Source of the DNA: Pseudomonadota bacterium
Lineage (GTDB): Bacteria > Pseudomonadota > Gammaproteobacteria > Burkholderiales > Eutrophovitaceae
NCBI GenBank assembly: GCA_027624715.1
Contig: JAQBTV010000006.1
Span: forward strand, 36,121 to 100,120
Direction of reading: 5' to 3'
Length of the DNA stretch: 64,000 bases
Shown here one piece after another: positions 17,957 to 28,006 of the stretch (its first letter is position 1; every line of letters begins with the position of its first letter). Under the pieces are notes generated by a model that had not been told where the DNA came from, made no database searches, and saw only the letters and a program-made list of their open reading frames with translations. A program made the translations under genes and the position numbers.

Positions 17957-18719
17957 TTTCAAAAAAATTGCGACTTTCACTTTGTTGTGCTTTGTGATGT
18001 GTCGGTCTGGTTATGCTGCGAAGACAGAACTACTGATTTCAGCTGCATCGAGTATGACAGCTGCGCTGCAAGAAATTATCGTCGAATTTGAGTCTATATA
18101 TCCTGATATAAAAGTAGCAACTAACTTTGCCGGATCGGGGACTTTATTAAGGCAAATTGAGCGAGGAGCACCGGTCGATTTATTTTTATCAGCGGATCAG
18201 ATAACGATGCAAGAAGCAATAAGTAAGGGATTAATTTATAAAGACTCGGTATACCACGTTGCCAGAAATCGACTTATTCTTGTTGGTCGGGATGATTTGT
18301 CATTTAGGGTCTCGCGTATCTCTGATATCGTGAGCTCGAAAGTCAAACGTATTGCTATTGGCAATCCGGATAGTGTTCCAGCTGGGCGATATGCTCGAGC
18401 TTTACTTATAGATGAAGATCTGTGGGACCGTGTGTCTCCTAAATTAATTTTTACGCAGAATGTGCGTCAGTGTCTTGATTACGTTGCTCGTGGAGAAGTG
18501 GATCTGGCGTTCGTGTATGTGACCGATATTCGGATACCGCGAGACGGTGTGAATGGATTATTGACTTTGGGTTCACCATCCACAATAGTGTATCCACTCG
18601 GCGTTGTGAATAGCACGAAACACTTGAAAGAGAGTCAACGCTTCTTGGAATTCCTTAAAACGACTAAAGTTACAAGCATCCTCGAGTCACTTGGGTTCGT
18701 AAAGGTTTTAGGGCCATGA
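17949..18719 (+). CDS. modA: Molybdate ABC transporter substrate-binding protein
   Basis: Signal peptide MFSFKKIATFTLLCFVMCRSGYA followed by ModA-like sequence (ISAASSMTAALQEI, FAGSGTLLRQIERGAPVDLFLSAD, PAGRYA). It overlaps the modC stop by 8 nt. Confidence 0.88.
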   Translation: MFSFKKIATFTLLCFVMCRSGYAAKTELLISAASSMTAALQEIIVEFESIYPDIKVATNFAGSGTLLRQIERGAPVDLFLSADQITMQEAISKGLIYKDSVYHVARNRLILVGRDDLSFRVSRISDIVSSKVKRIAIGNPDSVPAGRYARALLIDEDLWDRVSPKLIFTQNVRQCLDYVARGEVDLAFVYVTDIRIPRDGVNGLLTLGSPSTIVYPLGVVNSTKHLKESQRFLEFLKTTKVTSILESLGFVKVLGP

Positions 18720-18774
18720 CGTTAGGGTAAAATGTTTTTTTGAACAGAGATTTTTAAAAAGTAGGGGGCGACAC

Positions 18775-19155
18775 GTGTTCACGAAACTTGTTGCGATTGG
18801 ACTGGGTGCCGTCGGAGGCGCCTGGATCCGATGGGTTTTAGGGCTTATCTTTAACGCCACACTTAAAAACGTTCCATTGGGAACTTTCTTAGCCAACTTG
18901 GTTGGAGGTTTTTTGATTGGCGTGGCTGTTGAGTTTTTTTCTCATAACACTCAGTTGTCACCAGAATGGAAGTTGTTGGCCATTACTGGTTTCCTGGGTA
19001 GCCTGACTACGTTTTCTACTTTCTCGATTGAGTCAGTGCAGCTTATTCAAAGTGGTCGAGTAGGTTGGGCTGTAATCCTGATCGGCATTCATGTTTTTGG
19101 ATCAATTCTAATGACTGTGCTGGGCCTGAGTTTGTGTAAATCCTTTATGACTTAG
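18775..19155 (+). CDS. crcB: Fluoride efflux channel CrcB/FluC
   Basis: 126 aa with 4 TM helices and the CrcB pattern ([34 protein letters not shown]). GTG start. Confidence 0.9.
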   Translation: MFTKLVAIGLGAVGGAWIRWVLGLIFNATLKNVPLGTFLANLVGGFLIGVAVEFFSHNTQLSPEWKLLAITGFLGSLTTFSTFSIESVQLIQSGRVGWAVILIGIHVFGSILMTVLGLSLCKSFMT

Positions 19156-19185
19156 TAGATTCAATTTTGTCTTTGTGAACTCGGT

Positions 19186-20877
19186 TCAAATGCCCGGTGT
19201 CGTAATTTTTTTAGCTGCATCAAAATTATAATTGTTTGGGTTGTTTGTAGAACGATTTAAGGCGGTTTTAGAGGTCATAATGAAGCCGGCATACTGATTT
19301 TCAACGACATCCTCGCATAACACCCTGTATCGCGTCATGCCGCCTGCATACGGCATAAATATACGAGGTTTACCATCGACGTTTGCACCTAAGTACCAAG
19401 AATGCGGGACGGTAACTAGTAGCGTGGCATTCGCAGCCCCATTTACATGTTCCACCCATTCGTTAGCAGCCTCCTGACTTGCCTCGCACGTATCAATCTC
19501 ATGACGTCTCATATATTCAACGCATTGAGTAATCCATTCGACGTGCTGTTCGATAGCTACAGGCATATTACACAATACGGATGGGCTTCCTGGTCCAGTG
19601 ATGGTGAAGAGGTTAGGAAAGCCTGGTGTTTGCAAGCCCAGATAGGTTTTAGGTCCTTCTCTCCAGGCTTCTTTTAATGAGAGTCCATTTCGTCCTCTGA
19701 TGTCCATTTCAAAGAATTTTCCAGTGATGGCATCATATCCTGTCGCAAAGACAATCATATCTAACGGGATATGTCGCTTCGTAGTTTGTATTCCATCCTC
19801 TGAAATTTTGACGATGCTTTCTTTCTTTAGATTAACAAGTGACACATTATCTTTATTAAATGTTTCAAAATAGTTTGTATCGATAGGTGGGCGTTTCCCG
19901 GCATAGGGATAATCAATAGTAGAAAGTGCTGCGGCCGTCTCTTCATCTTGTACTACCATTCTAATTTTTTTCTTCAGAAATTCAGCTGCGGTGTCATTCG
20001 CCTCTTTGTTTATCGTTAGATCCTGATAGGTCGCTCTAAATTGAAGACCACCCTTTTCCCAAGCTTTTTCATAGGCTGCTTGTCTTTCATCCTCTGAATG
20101 TTCAAACACGTTGGTTGTTGAGATCCGAAATGGGTGTCCATTTGGAGTCGATTGGATAATTTGTTTGATTTCTTCAAATTTTTTATTGATACTCTGCTTC
20201 CATTCATCAGTGAGTGGCGCGTTGCGAGCCGGAACACTATAGTTTGGTGTTCGTTGAAAGATGTGAAGATGGCCAGCAGTTTCTGCGATTATGGGAGCGG
20301 CTTGTATCCCGGTACAACCAGTTCCAATTTGCCCAATTCGTTTATTTTTAAATGAGACTTCCTCGTGTGGCCAATTACCAGTGTGATACCACTCGCCTTT
20401 GAAATCTTTCAGGCCAGGGATATTTGGAATATTTGCAGAAGAAATGCAGCCAATTCCAGTAATTAAATAGGTCGCTCGGTAGGTGTCTCCACCTTTAGTT
20501 GTTAGCTCCCATTGATTCGCTTCTTCGATGAAGTGCGCACTGCTGACAAGGGTGTTGAACTTAATATGACTTCTGAGCTTGAGTTTTTGGGCAACGAAAC
20601 CAAGATAGCTACGAATTTCCTGAGGGCCCGGATAGCGTTCTGACCAATTCCACTCTTTATAAATTTCTTCAGAAAACATATAGCAATAGGAATGGCTCTC
20701 TGAATCACAGCGCGCCCCAGGGTAGCGATTCCAAAACCAGGTACCCCCTAGATCTGCGCCGGCCTCTAATACTATCGTGCTAAGGTTTAGTTGATCTCGA
20801 AGGGTATGTAATTGATACAGTCCTGAGAATCCTGCGCCGATAATAATGGCATCGACTGCGTTACTGTGCTCTGGCAT
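19186..20877 (-). CDS. Type I Baeyer-Villiger (flavin-containing, NADPH-dependent) monooxygenase
   Basis: FAD motif GAGFSGLY, then GGTWFWNRYPGARCDSES, the BVMO fingerprint FKGEWYHTGNWP and a second Rossmann motif GQIGTGCTG. Confidence 0.88.
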   Translation of the reverse strand: MPEHSNAVDAIIIGAGFSGLYQLHTLRDQLNLSTIVLEAGADLGGTWFWNRYPGARCDSESHSYCYMFSEEIYKEWNWSERYPGPQEIRSYLGFVAQKLKLRSHIKFNTLVSSAHFIEEANQWELTTKGGDTYRATYLITGIGCISSANIPNIPGLKDFKGEWYHTGNWPHEEVSFKNKRIGQIGTGCTGIQAAPIIAETAGHLHIFQRTPNYSVPARNAPLTDEWKQSINKKFEEIKQIIQSTPNGHPFRISTTNVFEHSEDERQAAYEKAWEKGGLQFRATYQDLTINKEANDTAAEFLKKKIRMVVQDEETAAALSTIDYPYAGKRPPIDTNYFETFNKDNVSLVNLKKESIVKISEDGIQTTKRHIPLDMIVFATGYDAITGKFFEMDIRGRNGLSLKEAWREGPKTYLGLQTPGFPNLFTITGPGSPSVLCNMPVAIEQHVEWITQCVEYMRRHEIDTCEASQEAANEWVEHVNGAANATLLVTVPHSWYLGANVDGKPRIFMPYAGGMTRYRVLCEDVVENQYAGFIMTSKTALNRSTNNPNNYNFDAAKKITTPGI

Positions 20878-20888
20878 TTATATATCCT

Positions 20889-22418
20889 TTAGATTTTATG
20901 TCGCTGACCAGTATATAAGTAGTGTGTAGCGTTAGATTGTTTTTGTTTGTTGAGTATCATTCTTGCGGCATCAATTGTTTCTGAGGCGGTCATTCCAATT
21001 GGGCCACAGCCATCGTTTAATAATTTATCTGCAGCAAGTCCGTGCAGATGCACTGCGGCTAACAAAGCCGTGTGGCTATAGGCCCCTTGAGCCACAAACG
21101 CACCGATAATACCGGTCAAGACGTCCCCCATGCCTGCACTGGCCATTCCAGGGTTCCCGGTTGTATTGATGAACCAATTGCCATCGGGAAACGCGCACAC
21201 GCTACCGACGCCCTTAAGCACCACTTCTGCATTAAATTTATTTGCCAGGGTTAGTGTTGCCTGTACTCTATCTGCTTGGATTTCCTTAATAGAACAGTGC
21301 AATAGTCTAGAGGCTTCACCTGGGTGTGGCGTGAGTACAGTGGAGTTGTTCCTTTTATTAATCAGTGCTGCGAGTCCGGGGCGCTGAGCAATAAGATTTA
21401 GCGCATCGGCATCCAATACAATTGGTATGGGTAGGATCAAGACCTGTGACAAAATATCGTACGCGACCTTTTCAGTGCCAAGACCGGGTCCGATGGCGAT
21501 ACATGATGTGTTATCAAGTTGAATGAGGTCAGAAGCGTTTCTCATCATGAGTTCCGGCTGCATCCAATCCATCGTGGGCGCTGATGCATCGACGAAACCA
21601 ACGAGAACACGCCCTGCACCTAATTTAATAGCTGCGCGCCCTGATAGTATCGAAGCGCCAACTAAACCTTTACTTCCTCCAATAATAACGAGTTGACCAT
21701 GTGTACCTTTATGGGATGATTTTTTTCTCGTTGTCAGAACATTGTTGAGGACCTCATTTCCGATTAAGAAACCATGGTTATCGAGGGTTGGAACGAGCCC
21801 CATATTGAGATCACTGAAATGGATAGTGCCTGAATAATCTGGCCCGAGACCTGTATGCAAACCAACTTTATATCCAAGAAAGGTGACGGTATGTTGTGCC
21901 TTGATGCAACAACCCATGACGCTACCTGTATCCGGATTTAATCCAGAAGGTATGTCTATGGAGATGATTGTGGCTTGCAGGCCGTTAATATGAGCAATGA
22001 GCTCTTCGAGTTTTCCAGAAAGATTGCGTGTTAAGCCAATACCGAATAATCCATCAATCACTAAATCAAAGGAATCTTCATTATTTATCGTGCTTTGGAT
22101 TGTTCCACCTGATGATTCCCATTTTTTTTGTGAGCTAGTCGCAATGGGAGAGTTCAGATTCGCATTGAGCGGGGCGAGGACCGAAACATTGAAATTTGCG
22201 TTTTTAAGATATCTAGCAGTAACGTATGCATCACCGCCATTATTTCCAGGCCCTGCTATGACTAAAGCCGACCGAGCGTGATTTGGTGCCACTTGAATGG
22301 CAACGTCAGCGACGGTTTTTCCTGCTGACTCCATTAGGCCATGTTTCGGATCGAGCGAAAATAAGTACTTTTCAATCTGTCGTATCTGCTCAGTCTGGTA
22401 GACGGGTACCGTATGCAT
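20889..22418 (-). CDS. nnr: Bifunctional NAD(P)H-hydrate repair enzyme (epimerase plus ADP-dependent dehydratase)
   Basis: 509 aa. The N-terminal YjeF_N part contains GPGNNGGDAYV and the C-terminal carbohydrate-kinase part contains GNPGMASAGMGDVLTG. Confidence 0.9.
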   Translation of the reverse strand: MHTVPVYQTEQIRQIEKYLFSLDPKHGLMESAGKTVADVAIQVAPNHARSALVIAGPGNNGGDAYVTARYLKNANFNVSVLAPLNANLNSPIATSSQKKWESSGGTIQSTINNEDSFDLVIDGLFGIGLTRNLSGKLEELIAHINGLQATIISIDIPSGLNPDTGSVMGCCIKAQHTVTFLGYKVGLHTGLGPDYSGTIHFSDLNMGLVPTLDNHGFLIGNEVLNNVLTTRKKSSHKGTHGQLVIIGGSKGLVGASILSGRAAIKLGAGRVLVGFVDASAPTMDWMQPELMMRNASDLIQLDNTSCIAIGPGLGTEKVAYDILSQVLILPIPIVLDADALNLIAQRPGLAALINKRNNSTVLTPHPGEASRLLHCSIKEIQADRVQATLTLANKFNAEVVLKGVGSVCAFPDGNWFINTTGNPGMASAGMGDVLTGIIGAFVAQGAYSHTALLAAVHLHGLAADKLLNDGCGPIGMTASETIDAARMILNKQKQSNATHYLYTGQRHKI

Positions 22419-22507
22419 ATTTTCAGTATAAGGGATTTGGTTTATGGTCGGACATTCGTCAGCTATAATCTTGTTTTGAAGATATCTTACTTAAAATCAT
22501 AGAATCC

Positions 22508-25500
22508 ATGCCGGAAATCGTTTTTCTAAGAGGTCGTCAAGCGTTTTCTCAGTTCCGCTTCGATAAACTATTAAAACAAGTACAGGCTATCGATCCGCAA
22601 ATCGGTGAGATCTCAGCAGTTTTTTGGCATTTCGTGGAGTTGAATAAACAACTTTCTGCGGAACAGGTCATGCAGCTCGATCGAATTCTCTCCTATGGGC
22701 CCAAAGAGTCAAAATTAGTAGACGATATTGCTGATTTTATTGTGATTCCTCGACTTGGCTCTATTTCCCCTTGGGCAAGTAAAGCAACAGATATTGCAAA
22801 AGCCTGTGGTCTTCTGGAAGTGTCACGAATAGAGCGTGGTGTAGTCTGGAGTTTCAAAACGAAGAGACATCAATCGGTTGCACAATCTACCCTGACGCGT
22901 ATTGTGCCGATGGTTCACGATCGTATGACTGAAACTCTCCTTGTTGATATTCATGATGCGCAAAAACTTTTTAGACACGTTCAACCGCAGCCTCTTCGTA
23001 CAATTCCTGTATTAAAAGAGGGCCGAAGTGCGCTTGAGGATTGTGACAGAGAGATGGGTTTAGCACTTTCTACGGATGAGATTGATTATCTCCAGCATAA
23101 TTTTGAGCTAATTGGTCGAGATCCTACGGATGTTGAGTTAATGATGTTCGCTCAAGCGAACTCAGAGCATTGTAGACACAAGATTTTCAACGCTTCCTGG
23201 ATAATCGATGGTCAGGTACAAGATTATTCGTTGTTTGGCATGATTCGAGAGACTCACCGGAAGACGCCAAAAGGCACTATCGTGGCTTATTCCGATAACT
23301 CTGCAATTATGGAAGGCACGAAGGTTAGCAGCTTCAGGGCTATGCCAGATGGTCGATATGGGCATGTGGAAGATGAACTGAAGCATACTTTAATGAAGGT
23401 GGAAACACATAACCACCCCACAGCTATCTCACCATTTTCGGGCGCGGCCACTGGTTCTGGTGGTGAAATTAGAGATGAAGGTGCTACGGGTAGGGGTGCG
23501 AAGCCTAAAGCGGGTCTTGTAGGCTTTAGTGTCTCTCACCTGAGAATACCGGGCGAGAGTGAACCCTGGGAGGCAAATGGGATAGGTAAACCGGATCGTA
23601 TTGCCTCGGCATTAGATATCATGTTAGAAGGCCCTATTGGGAGTGCGGCGTTTAATAACGAGTTTGGACGACCCAATCTTTGTGGGTATTTTCGAAACTA
23701 TGAGCAAGAAATAAGGGGGGTTGTTCGTGGATACCATAAGCCAATTATGTTGGCTGGTGGTTTGGGCAATATTACGAATCAGCAATCTATAAAGAAATTA
23801 TTCCAAGCGGGTACGTTGATTGTTCAGCTTGGTGGTCCGGGTATGCTCATTGGTATGGGTGGAGGCGCTGCTTCCAGTATGACAACCGGACAGAATAGCG
23901 CTGATCTAGATTTTGACTCTGTTCAGAGGGGAAATCCAGAGATCCAAAGACGGTGTCAGGAGGTGATTGACCGGTGTTGGGGGTTAGGCCGGAATAATCC
24001 AATTTTGTCGATACATGACGTTGGAGCTGGTGGGCTCTCTAATGCTCTCCCTGAATTAGTAAATGACGCACATTGTGGCGCTCGTATTGACTTAAGGCGT
24101 ATTCCATCTGAGGAAGCAGAAATGACGCCGATGCAGATATGGAGTAATGAATCGCAAGAGCGCTATATGTTGGCGGTTGATCCTGGAAGCTTTGAAGAGT
24201 TTCAAAAAATTTGTGAAAGAGAACGCTGTCCATTCGCGGTGCTCGGAGAGGCGACGGCAGACGGTCGTCTTGACGTATTTGATTCTCATTTTGGCAACAA
24301 ACCTGTAGACATCGCGTTATCAGTTATCTTGGGTAAACCACCCAAGATGACGCGTGATGTTAAACGAAGAAAAATAGAGATAAAAAGCGAAAGATATCAG
24401 CGGATAAAGCTGGATGAAGCGCTTACTCGAGTGCTCTCATTTCCAGCTGTGGCGGATAAAACATTTCTAATTTCGATTGGTGACCGTTCGGTCGGAGGGC
24501 TTTGTTCTAGAGACCAGTTTGTAGGGCCTTGGCAAATTCCGGTCAGTAATGTTGCGGTTACAGCTATGGGATTCGATGAGTATGTCGGTGAGGCATTTGC
24601 AATTGGTGAACGTGCCCCGGTAGCGGTTATGGATGGGCCAGCCTCTGGAAGAATGGCAGTTGGTGAGGCGATCACAAACATAGCAGCTGCAAAGATTGAC
24701 CATTTAAGTAATATTAAATTATCAGCAAATTGGATGGCGCCTGCCGGTTTTGAAGGCGAGGATGCTAACCTCTTTGATACTGTTGCGGCCGTCGGTTTGG
24801 AGCTTTGTCCTCAGCTTGGGATAAGCATCCCAGTGGGTAAGGATTCGATGGCAATGCGGACAGCTTGGCGAGAAGGACTACAAGATAAACAAGTCGTCTC
24901 TCCTGTTTCTTTGGTTATATCAGCCTTTTCACCTGTTTCCGATATTAGGAGAACATTAACGCCTGTCCTCAACCCGAATTTAAATACCCAATTGATTTTA
25001 ATTGACTTGGGTGGTGGTAAAAATCGTATGGGGGGATCCATCTTGCATCAAGTGTATCTTTTGGAGCATGGAGAGGTGCCTGATCTTGATGATGCAAAAA
25101 TTTTAGAGAGTTTCTTTAAGGCGATACAGGAGTTAAATGAGAAAAATAAAATTCTGGCTTACCATGATCGATCAGATGGGGGTGTGATTGTTACCTTAGC
25201 CGAGTGCATGTTTGCATCGCATGTGGGCTTAACTGTAGATTTAGACGTTGGTGCGGATCACAATAGACAACTTGCGGCACTTTTTAGTGAGGAGCTTGGA
25301 GCGATTATCCAAATAAATAATAAAGCCGAATTAGAGGTTTGTTCTATCTTGGACTCTCACGGACTAGCTGATTACACTAAAAAAATTGGATGCCTCAATG
25401 ATAAAGGGACGTTAGAAATTTCGTCTAACGGGAATCCTTTACTAGATGAATTTGGCTGGTTACTTCAGCGTAGATGGTCTAAAACTACCTTTCATATGCA

Positions 25501-26404
25501 GTCACTGCGTGATAATCCGGAATGTGCTAAGCAAGAATATGATCGAATTTTGGACACTACTGATCCAGGTTTGCATGCGCATTTAACGTTTGATATCAAT
25601 GATTCGTCTCGGTCTGCCGCTATTAACATAGGTGTTAAGCCAAAAATAGCCATTCTGCGGGAGCAAGGGGTCAATGGCCATATTGAAATGGCAGCGGCCT
25701 TTGATCGAGCGGGGTTTTCCGCGATTGATGTTCATATGAGTGATATTATTTCTGGCCGCACTTCTTTGTCTAAATTTAAGGGTTTAGCAGCTTGTGGAGG
25801 TTTCTCTTATGGGGACGTTCTCGGAGCTGGTGAAGGTTGGGCGAAATCGATTTTGTTTAATGTAAGAGCATTAGATGAATTCTCAGAATTTTTTAAACGG
25901 GAAGATAGTTTTGCGTTGGGAGTCTGTAATGGATGTCAAATGATGTCTAACCTTCGTGAAATCATCCCTGGTGCTGAACACTGGCCACGTTTTATTAAGA
26001 ATAACTCTGAGCAATTTGAAGCTCGCTTTGTGATGACAGAAATTACGCCAAGCCCTTCAATTTTATTTAGAGATATGGTCAGTTCAAGAATTCCAGTTGT
26101 TACATCTCATGGAGAGGGTCGGATTGAATTTGAAACTAAGCAGCAAAGTATCCAAGCGACGTCTTATGTGGCCATGCGTTATGTTGATAACCACGGTGAG
26201 GTGTCCCAGCAGTATCCATTTAATCCAAACGGCTCGTCAGATGGAGCGACTGGCTTCACGTCTCGCGATGGCCGATTTACGATTATGATGCCCCACCCAG
26301 AGCGGGTATTTAGAACGGCTCAGAATTCCTGGCATCCAGAAGATTGGAACGAGGATGGAGCCTGGATGTTTATGTTCCGTAATGCAAGATATTGGGTTAA
26401 CTGA
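22508..26404 (+). CDS. purL: Phosphoribosylformylglycinamidine synthase (single-chain large form)
   Basis: 1298 aa with canonical PurL sequence throughout ([26 protein letters not shown], and the GATase domain GVCNGCQMM...PHPER). Confidence 0.97.
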   Translation: MPEIVFLRGRQAFSQFRFDKLLKQVQAIDPQIGEISAVFWHFVELNKQLSAEQVMQLDRILSYGPKESKLVDDIADFIVIPRLGSISPWASKATDIAKACGLLEVSRIERGVVWSFKTKRHQSVAQSTLTRIVPMVHDRMTETLLVDIHDAQKLFRHVQPQPLRTIPVLKEGRSALEDCDREMGLALSTDEIDYLQHNFELIGRDPTDVELMMFAQANSEHCRHKIFNASWIIDGQVQDYSLFGMIRETHRKTPKGTIVAYSDNSAIMEGTKVSSFRAMPDGRYGHVEDELKHTLMKVETHNHPTAISPFSGAATGSGGEIRDEGATGRGAKPKAGLVGFSVSHLRIPGESEPWEANGIGKPDRIASALDIMLEGPIGSAAFNNEFGRPNLCGYFRNYEQEIRGVVRGYHKPIMLAGGLGNITNQQSIKKLFQAGTLIVQLGGPGMLIGMGGGAASSMTTGQNSADLDFDSVQRGNPEIQRRCQEVIDRCWGLGRNNPILSIHDVGAGGLSNALPELVNDAHCGARIDLRRIPSEEAEMTPMQIWSNESQERYMLAVDPGSFEEFQKICERERCPFAVLGEATADGRLDVFDSHFGNKPVDIALSVILGKPPKMTRDVKRRKIEIKSERYQRIKLDEALTRVLSFPAVADKTFLISIGDRSVGGLCSRDQFVGPWQIPVSNVAVTAMGFDEYVGEAFAIGERAPVAVMDGPASGRMAVGEAITNIAAAKIDHLSNIKLSANWMAPAGFEGEDANLFDTVAAVGLELCPQLGISIPVGKDSMAMRTAWREGLQDKQVVSPVSLVISAFSPVSDIRRTLTPVLNPNLNTQLILIDLGGGKNRMGGSILHQVYLLEHGEVPDLDDAKILESFFKAIQELNEKNKILAYHDRSDGGVIVTLAECMFASHVGLTVDLDVGADHNRQLAALFSEELGAIIQINNKAELEVCSILDSHGLADYTKKIGCLNDKGTLEISSNGNPLLDEFGWLLQRRWSKTTFHMQSLRDNPECAKQEYDRILDTTDPGLHAHLTFDINDSSRSAAINIGVKPKIAILREQGVNGHIEMAAAFDRAGFSAIDVHMSDIISGRTSLSKFKGLAACGGFSYGDVLGAGEGWAKSILFNVRALDEFSEFFKREDSFALGVCNGCQMMSNLREIIPGAEHWPRFIKNNSEQFEARFVMTEITPSPSILFRDMVSSRIPVVTSHGEGRIEFETKQQSIQATSYVAMRYVDNHGEVSQQYPFNPNGSSDGATGFTSRDGRFTIMMPHPERVFRTAQNSWHPEDWNEDGAWMFMFRNARYWVN

Positions 26405-26448
26405 TCGTCGCTTTGAGCGTTCTATTGATCGAAAATTTCGATTGTTGA

Positions 26449-26712
26449 TTAATCTTCAGGTGCGAAGGCTCGTATTGATAAAGCGTGAATGACTCCAGGT
26501 ATAAGATCTGACAAACAGTCGTAGATCATTCTATGTCGTTGTACGCTTACTTTTCCGGAAAACATGGGAGATGCGATAGTTAATTCATAGTGTCCGCCGC
26601 CAGTTGCCTGAACGCCGGCGTGCCCAATATGTGAGGCTGAGTCATCAAAAATATCGATTGTGGTCGGTTGTAATGAAGTTAGCCTTTGCTTAATTTGGTC
26701 GATCGTATTCAT
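26449..26712 (-). CDS. BolA family protein
   Basis: 87 aa with a BolA-type fold signature (DDSASHIGHAG, FSGKVSVQRHRMIY, IHALSI). Confidence 0.85.
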   Translation of the reverse strand: MNTIDQIKQRLTSLQPTTIDIFDDSASHIGHAGVQATGGGHYELTIASPMFSGKVSVQRHRMIYDCLSDLIPGVIHALSIRAFAPED

Positions 26713-26726
26713 GTGAAATAGATTTT

Positions 26727-26758
26727 ATGATTAGGTGATTAAGTGATTAAGTGATTAA
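26727..26758. repeat. Octamer tandem repeat (gtgattaa x3 plus a degenerate leading copy tgattagg) in the yciB-bolA spacer
   Basis: Read directly: atgattag-gtgattaa-gtgattaa-gtgattaa-gtcac. Confidence 0.9.
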
Positions 26759-26786
26759 GTCACATGCCTATGATGTATGCGCGAGT

Positions 26787-27323
26787 TTATTCGTCTTCTG
26801 GGGTGATGTGTTTCGCTAAAATAAATGCTTGGCCTAATGCAAATATTAAAAGTAATCCCATCCCTCCAAACAATTTAAAGTTAACCCACGTATTCGTCTC
26901 GAAGTTAAAGGCTACATAGAGGTTCGCGAAGCCCATGAACAAAAAGAAGCCCGCCCAAGTAAGATTTAATTTACTCCAAAGCGCGTCGGACATTTTCATT
27001 TTTGAAGCCATCATTGCCTGGATTAAATTTTTCTTAAAAAGCAGATTTGAAAGACTGAGTACGATTGCAAAGGTCCAATAAAGAGCCGTGGGTTTCCATT
27101 TAATAAAGGTCTCGTCTTTAAGTAATAGAGTTGCCCCACCCAGAATTACTATGATTCCCAGGTTAATCATCATCATCTTCTCTATTTTCTTGTTTCGCAT
27201 CCAGGACCAACTTGTTTGAGCAATGGTCGTTATGATTGCGGCAGCAGTTGCGGCCATAATGCCGTGGCTTTTAAAAACAACGAAGAAAATAATGATTGGG
27301 AATATTTCGAAGAAAAATTTCAC
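26787..27323 (-). CDS. yciB: Intracellular septation protein A (inner-membrane YciB/IspZ)
   Basis: 178 aa, colinear with E. coli YciB (FIKWKPT, WSKLNLTWAGFF, NTWVNFKLFG). Confidence 0.88.
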   Translation of the reverse strand: MKFFFEIFPIIIFFVVFKSHGIMAATAAAIITTIAQTSWSWMRNKKIEKMMMINLGIIVILGGATLLLKDETFIKWKPTALYWTFAIVLSLSNLLFKKNLIQAMMASKMKMSDALWSKLNLTWAGFFLFMGFANLYVAFNFETNTWVNFKLFGGMGLLLIFALGQAFILAKHITPEDE

Positions 27324-27481
27324 GACTTTGTTCCGATTGATAGTTTGGGTACTGATCGCTTATTCTAATTGAATCGAAAAATTTGTTTTTTTTTGTTAAA
27401 GTCAGGTGATGTAATCTCCAGATTAACGTATTATTTTACCTTTATCAGTAATCTCATTTATCAGTAGGGGGATGTATACAA

Positions 27482-27922
27482 ATGACCAAAAACTCGTTAG
27501 TCAATCTAGTGAATTATGCAGATGCGACACCTGAAGTTCGAGATATTTTTGACGATATTATGAGCACGCGTCAATCTGACTATGTAAATAACATATGGAG
27601 AGCGTTAGCTTCACATCCATTATTGCTGAAACAGTTCTGGGGCCAAATGAAAGAGGTAATGATCAAACCATCTCGGTTGGACCCGCTGACTAAGGAGCTA
27701 CTTTATCTAGCAGTCAGTATCACAAATAATTGCACTTACTGTATTAATAGCCACAATGCGGCAGCTCGTAAAAAAGGGCTTGATGATGAGATCCTTGGGG
27801 AGTTGAATGCAATCGTAGCGCTGGCTAACGCCGGAAATCGATTAACCGTGGGTTATCAAATTCCTGTGGATGATATGTTTCAATCAAATCAGGTGGCTTC
27901 AAAGTGGAAATTTAAAGACTAA
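27482..27922 (+). CDS. Carboxymuconolactone decarboxylase family (AhpD-like) protein
   Basis: 146 aa with the CxxC-containing motif LAVSITNNCTYCINSH typical of AhpD/CMD-family proteins. Confidence 0.8.
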   Translation: MTKNSLVNLVNYADATPEVRDIFDDIMSTRQSDYVNNIWRALASHPLLLKQFWGQMKEVMIKPSRLDPLTKELLYLAVSITNNCTYCINSHNAAARKKGLDDEILGELNAIVALANAGNRLTVGYQIPVDDMFQSNQVASKWKFKD

Positions 27923-28006
27923 GGCTCCTAAGGTGCTGAGCAAGAAGGTGTGGAAGGATGCTAAGTCTAAAGAGTTAAGAATATCAGAGACAAGAGGGAA
28001 TGAAAA

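Noticed and set aside
18720-18774. Fluoride riboswitch (crcB motif) upstream of crcB.
   Set aside because: Only 55 nt separate modA and crcB. The sequence (gttagggtaaaatgtttttttgaacagagatttttaaaaagtagggggcgaca) shows none of the conserved GGCGATG...CCTAC-type pseudoknot elements I remember. A covariance-model scan would be needed to confirm.
26428-26442. 15-bp palindrome atcgaaaatttcgat between the convergent purL and bolA genes, as a regulatory site.
   Set aside because: It is most simply a weak AT-rich bidirectional terminator-like hairpin between convergent genes. The one-base centre cannot form a hairpin loop, so some arm-proximal pairs would have to open, and no U tract follows, so there is no further support for a specific function.
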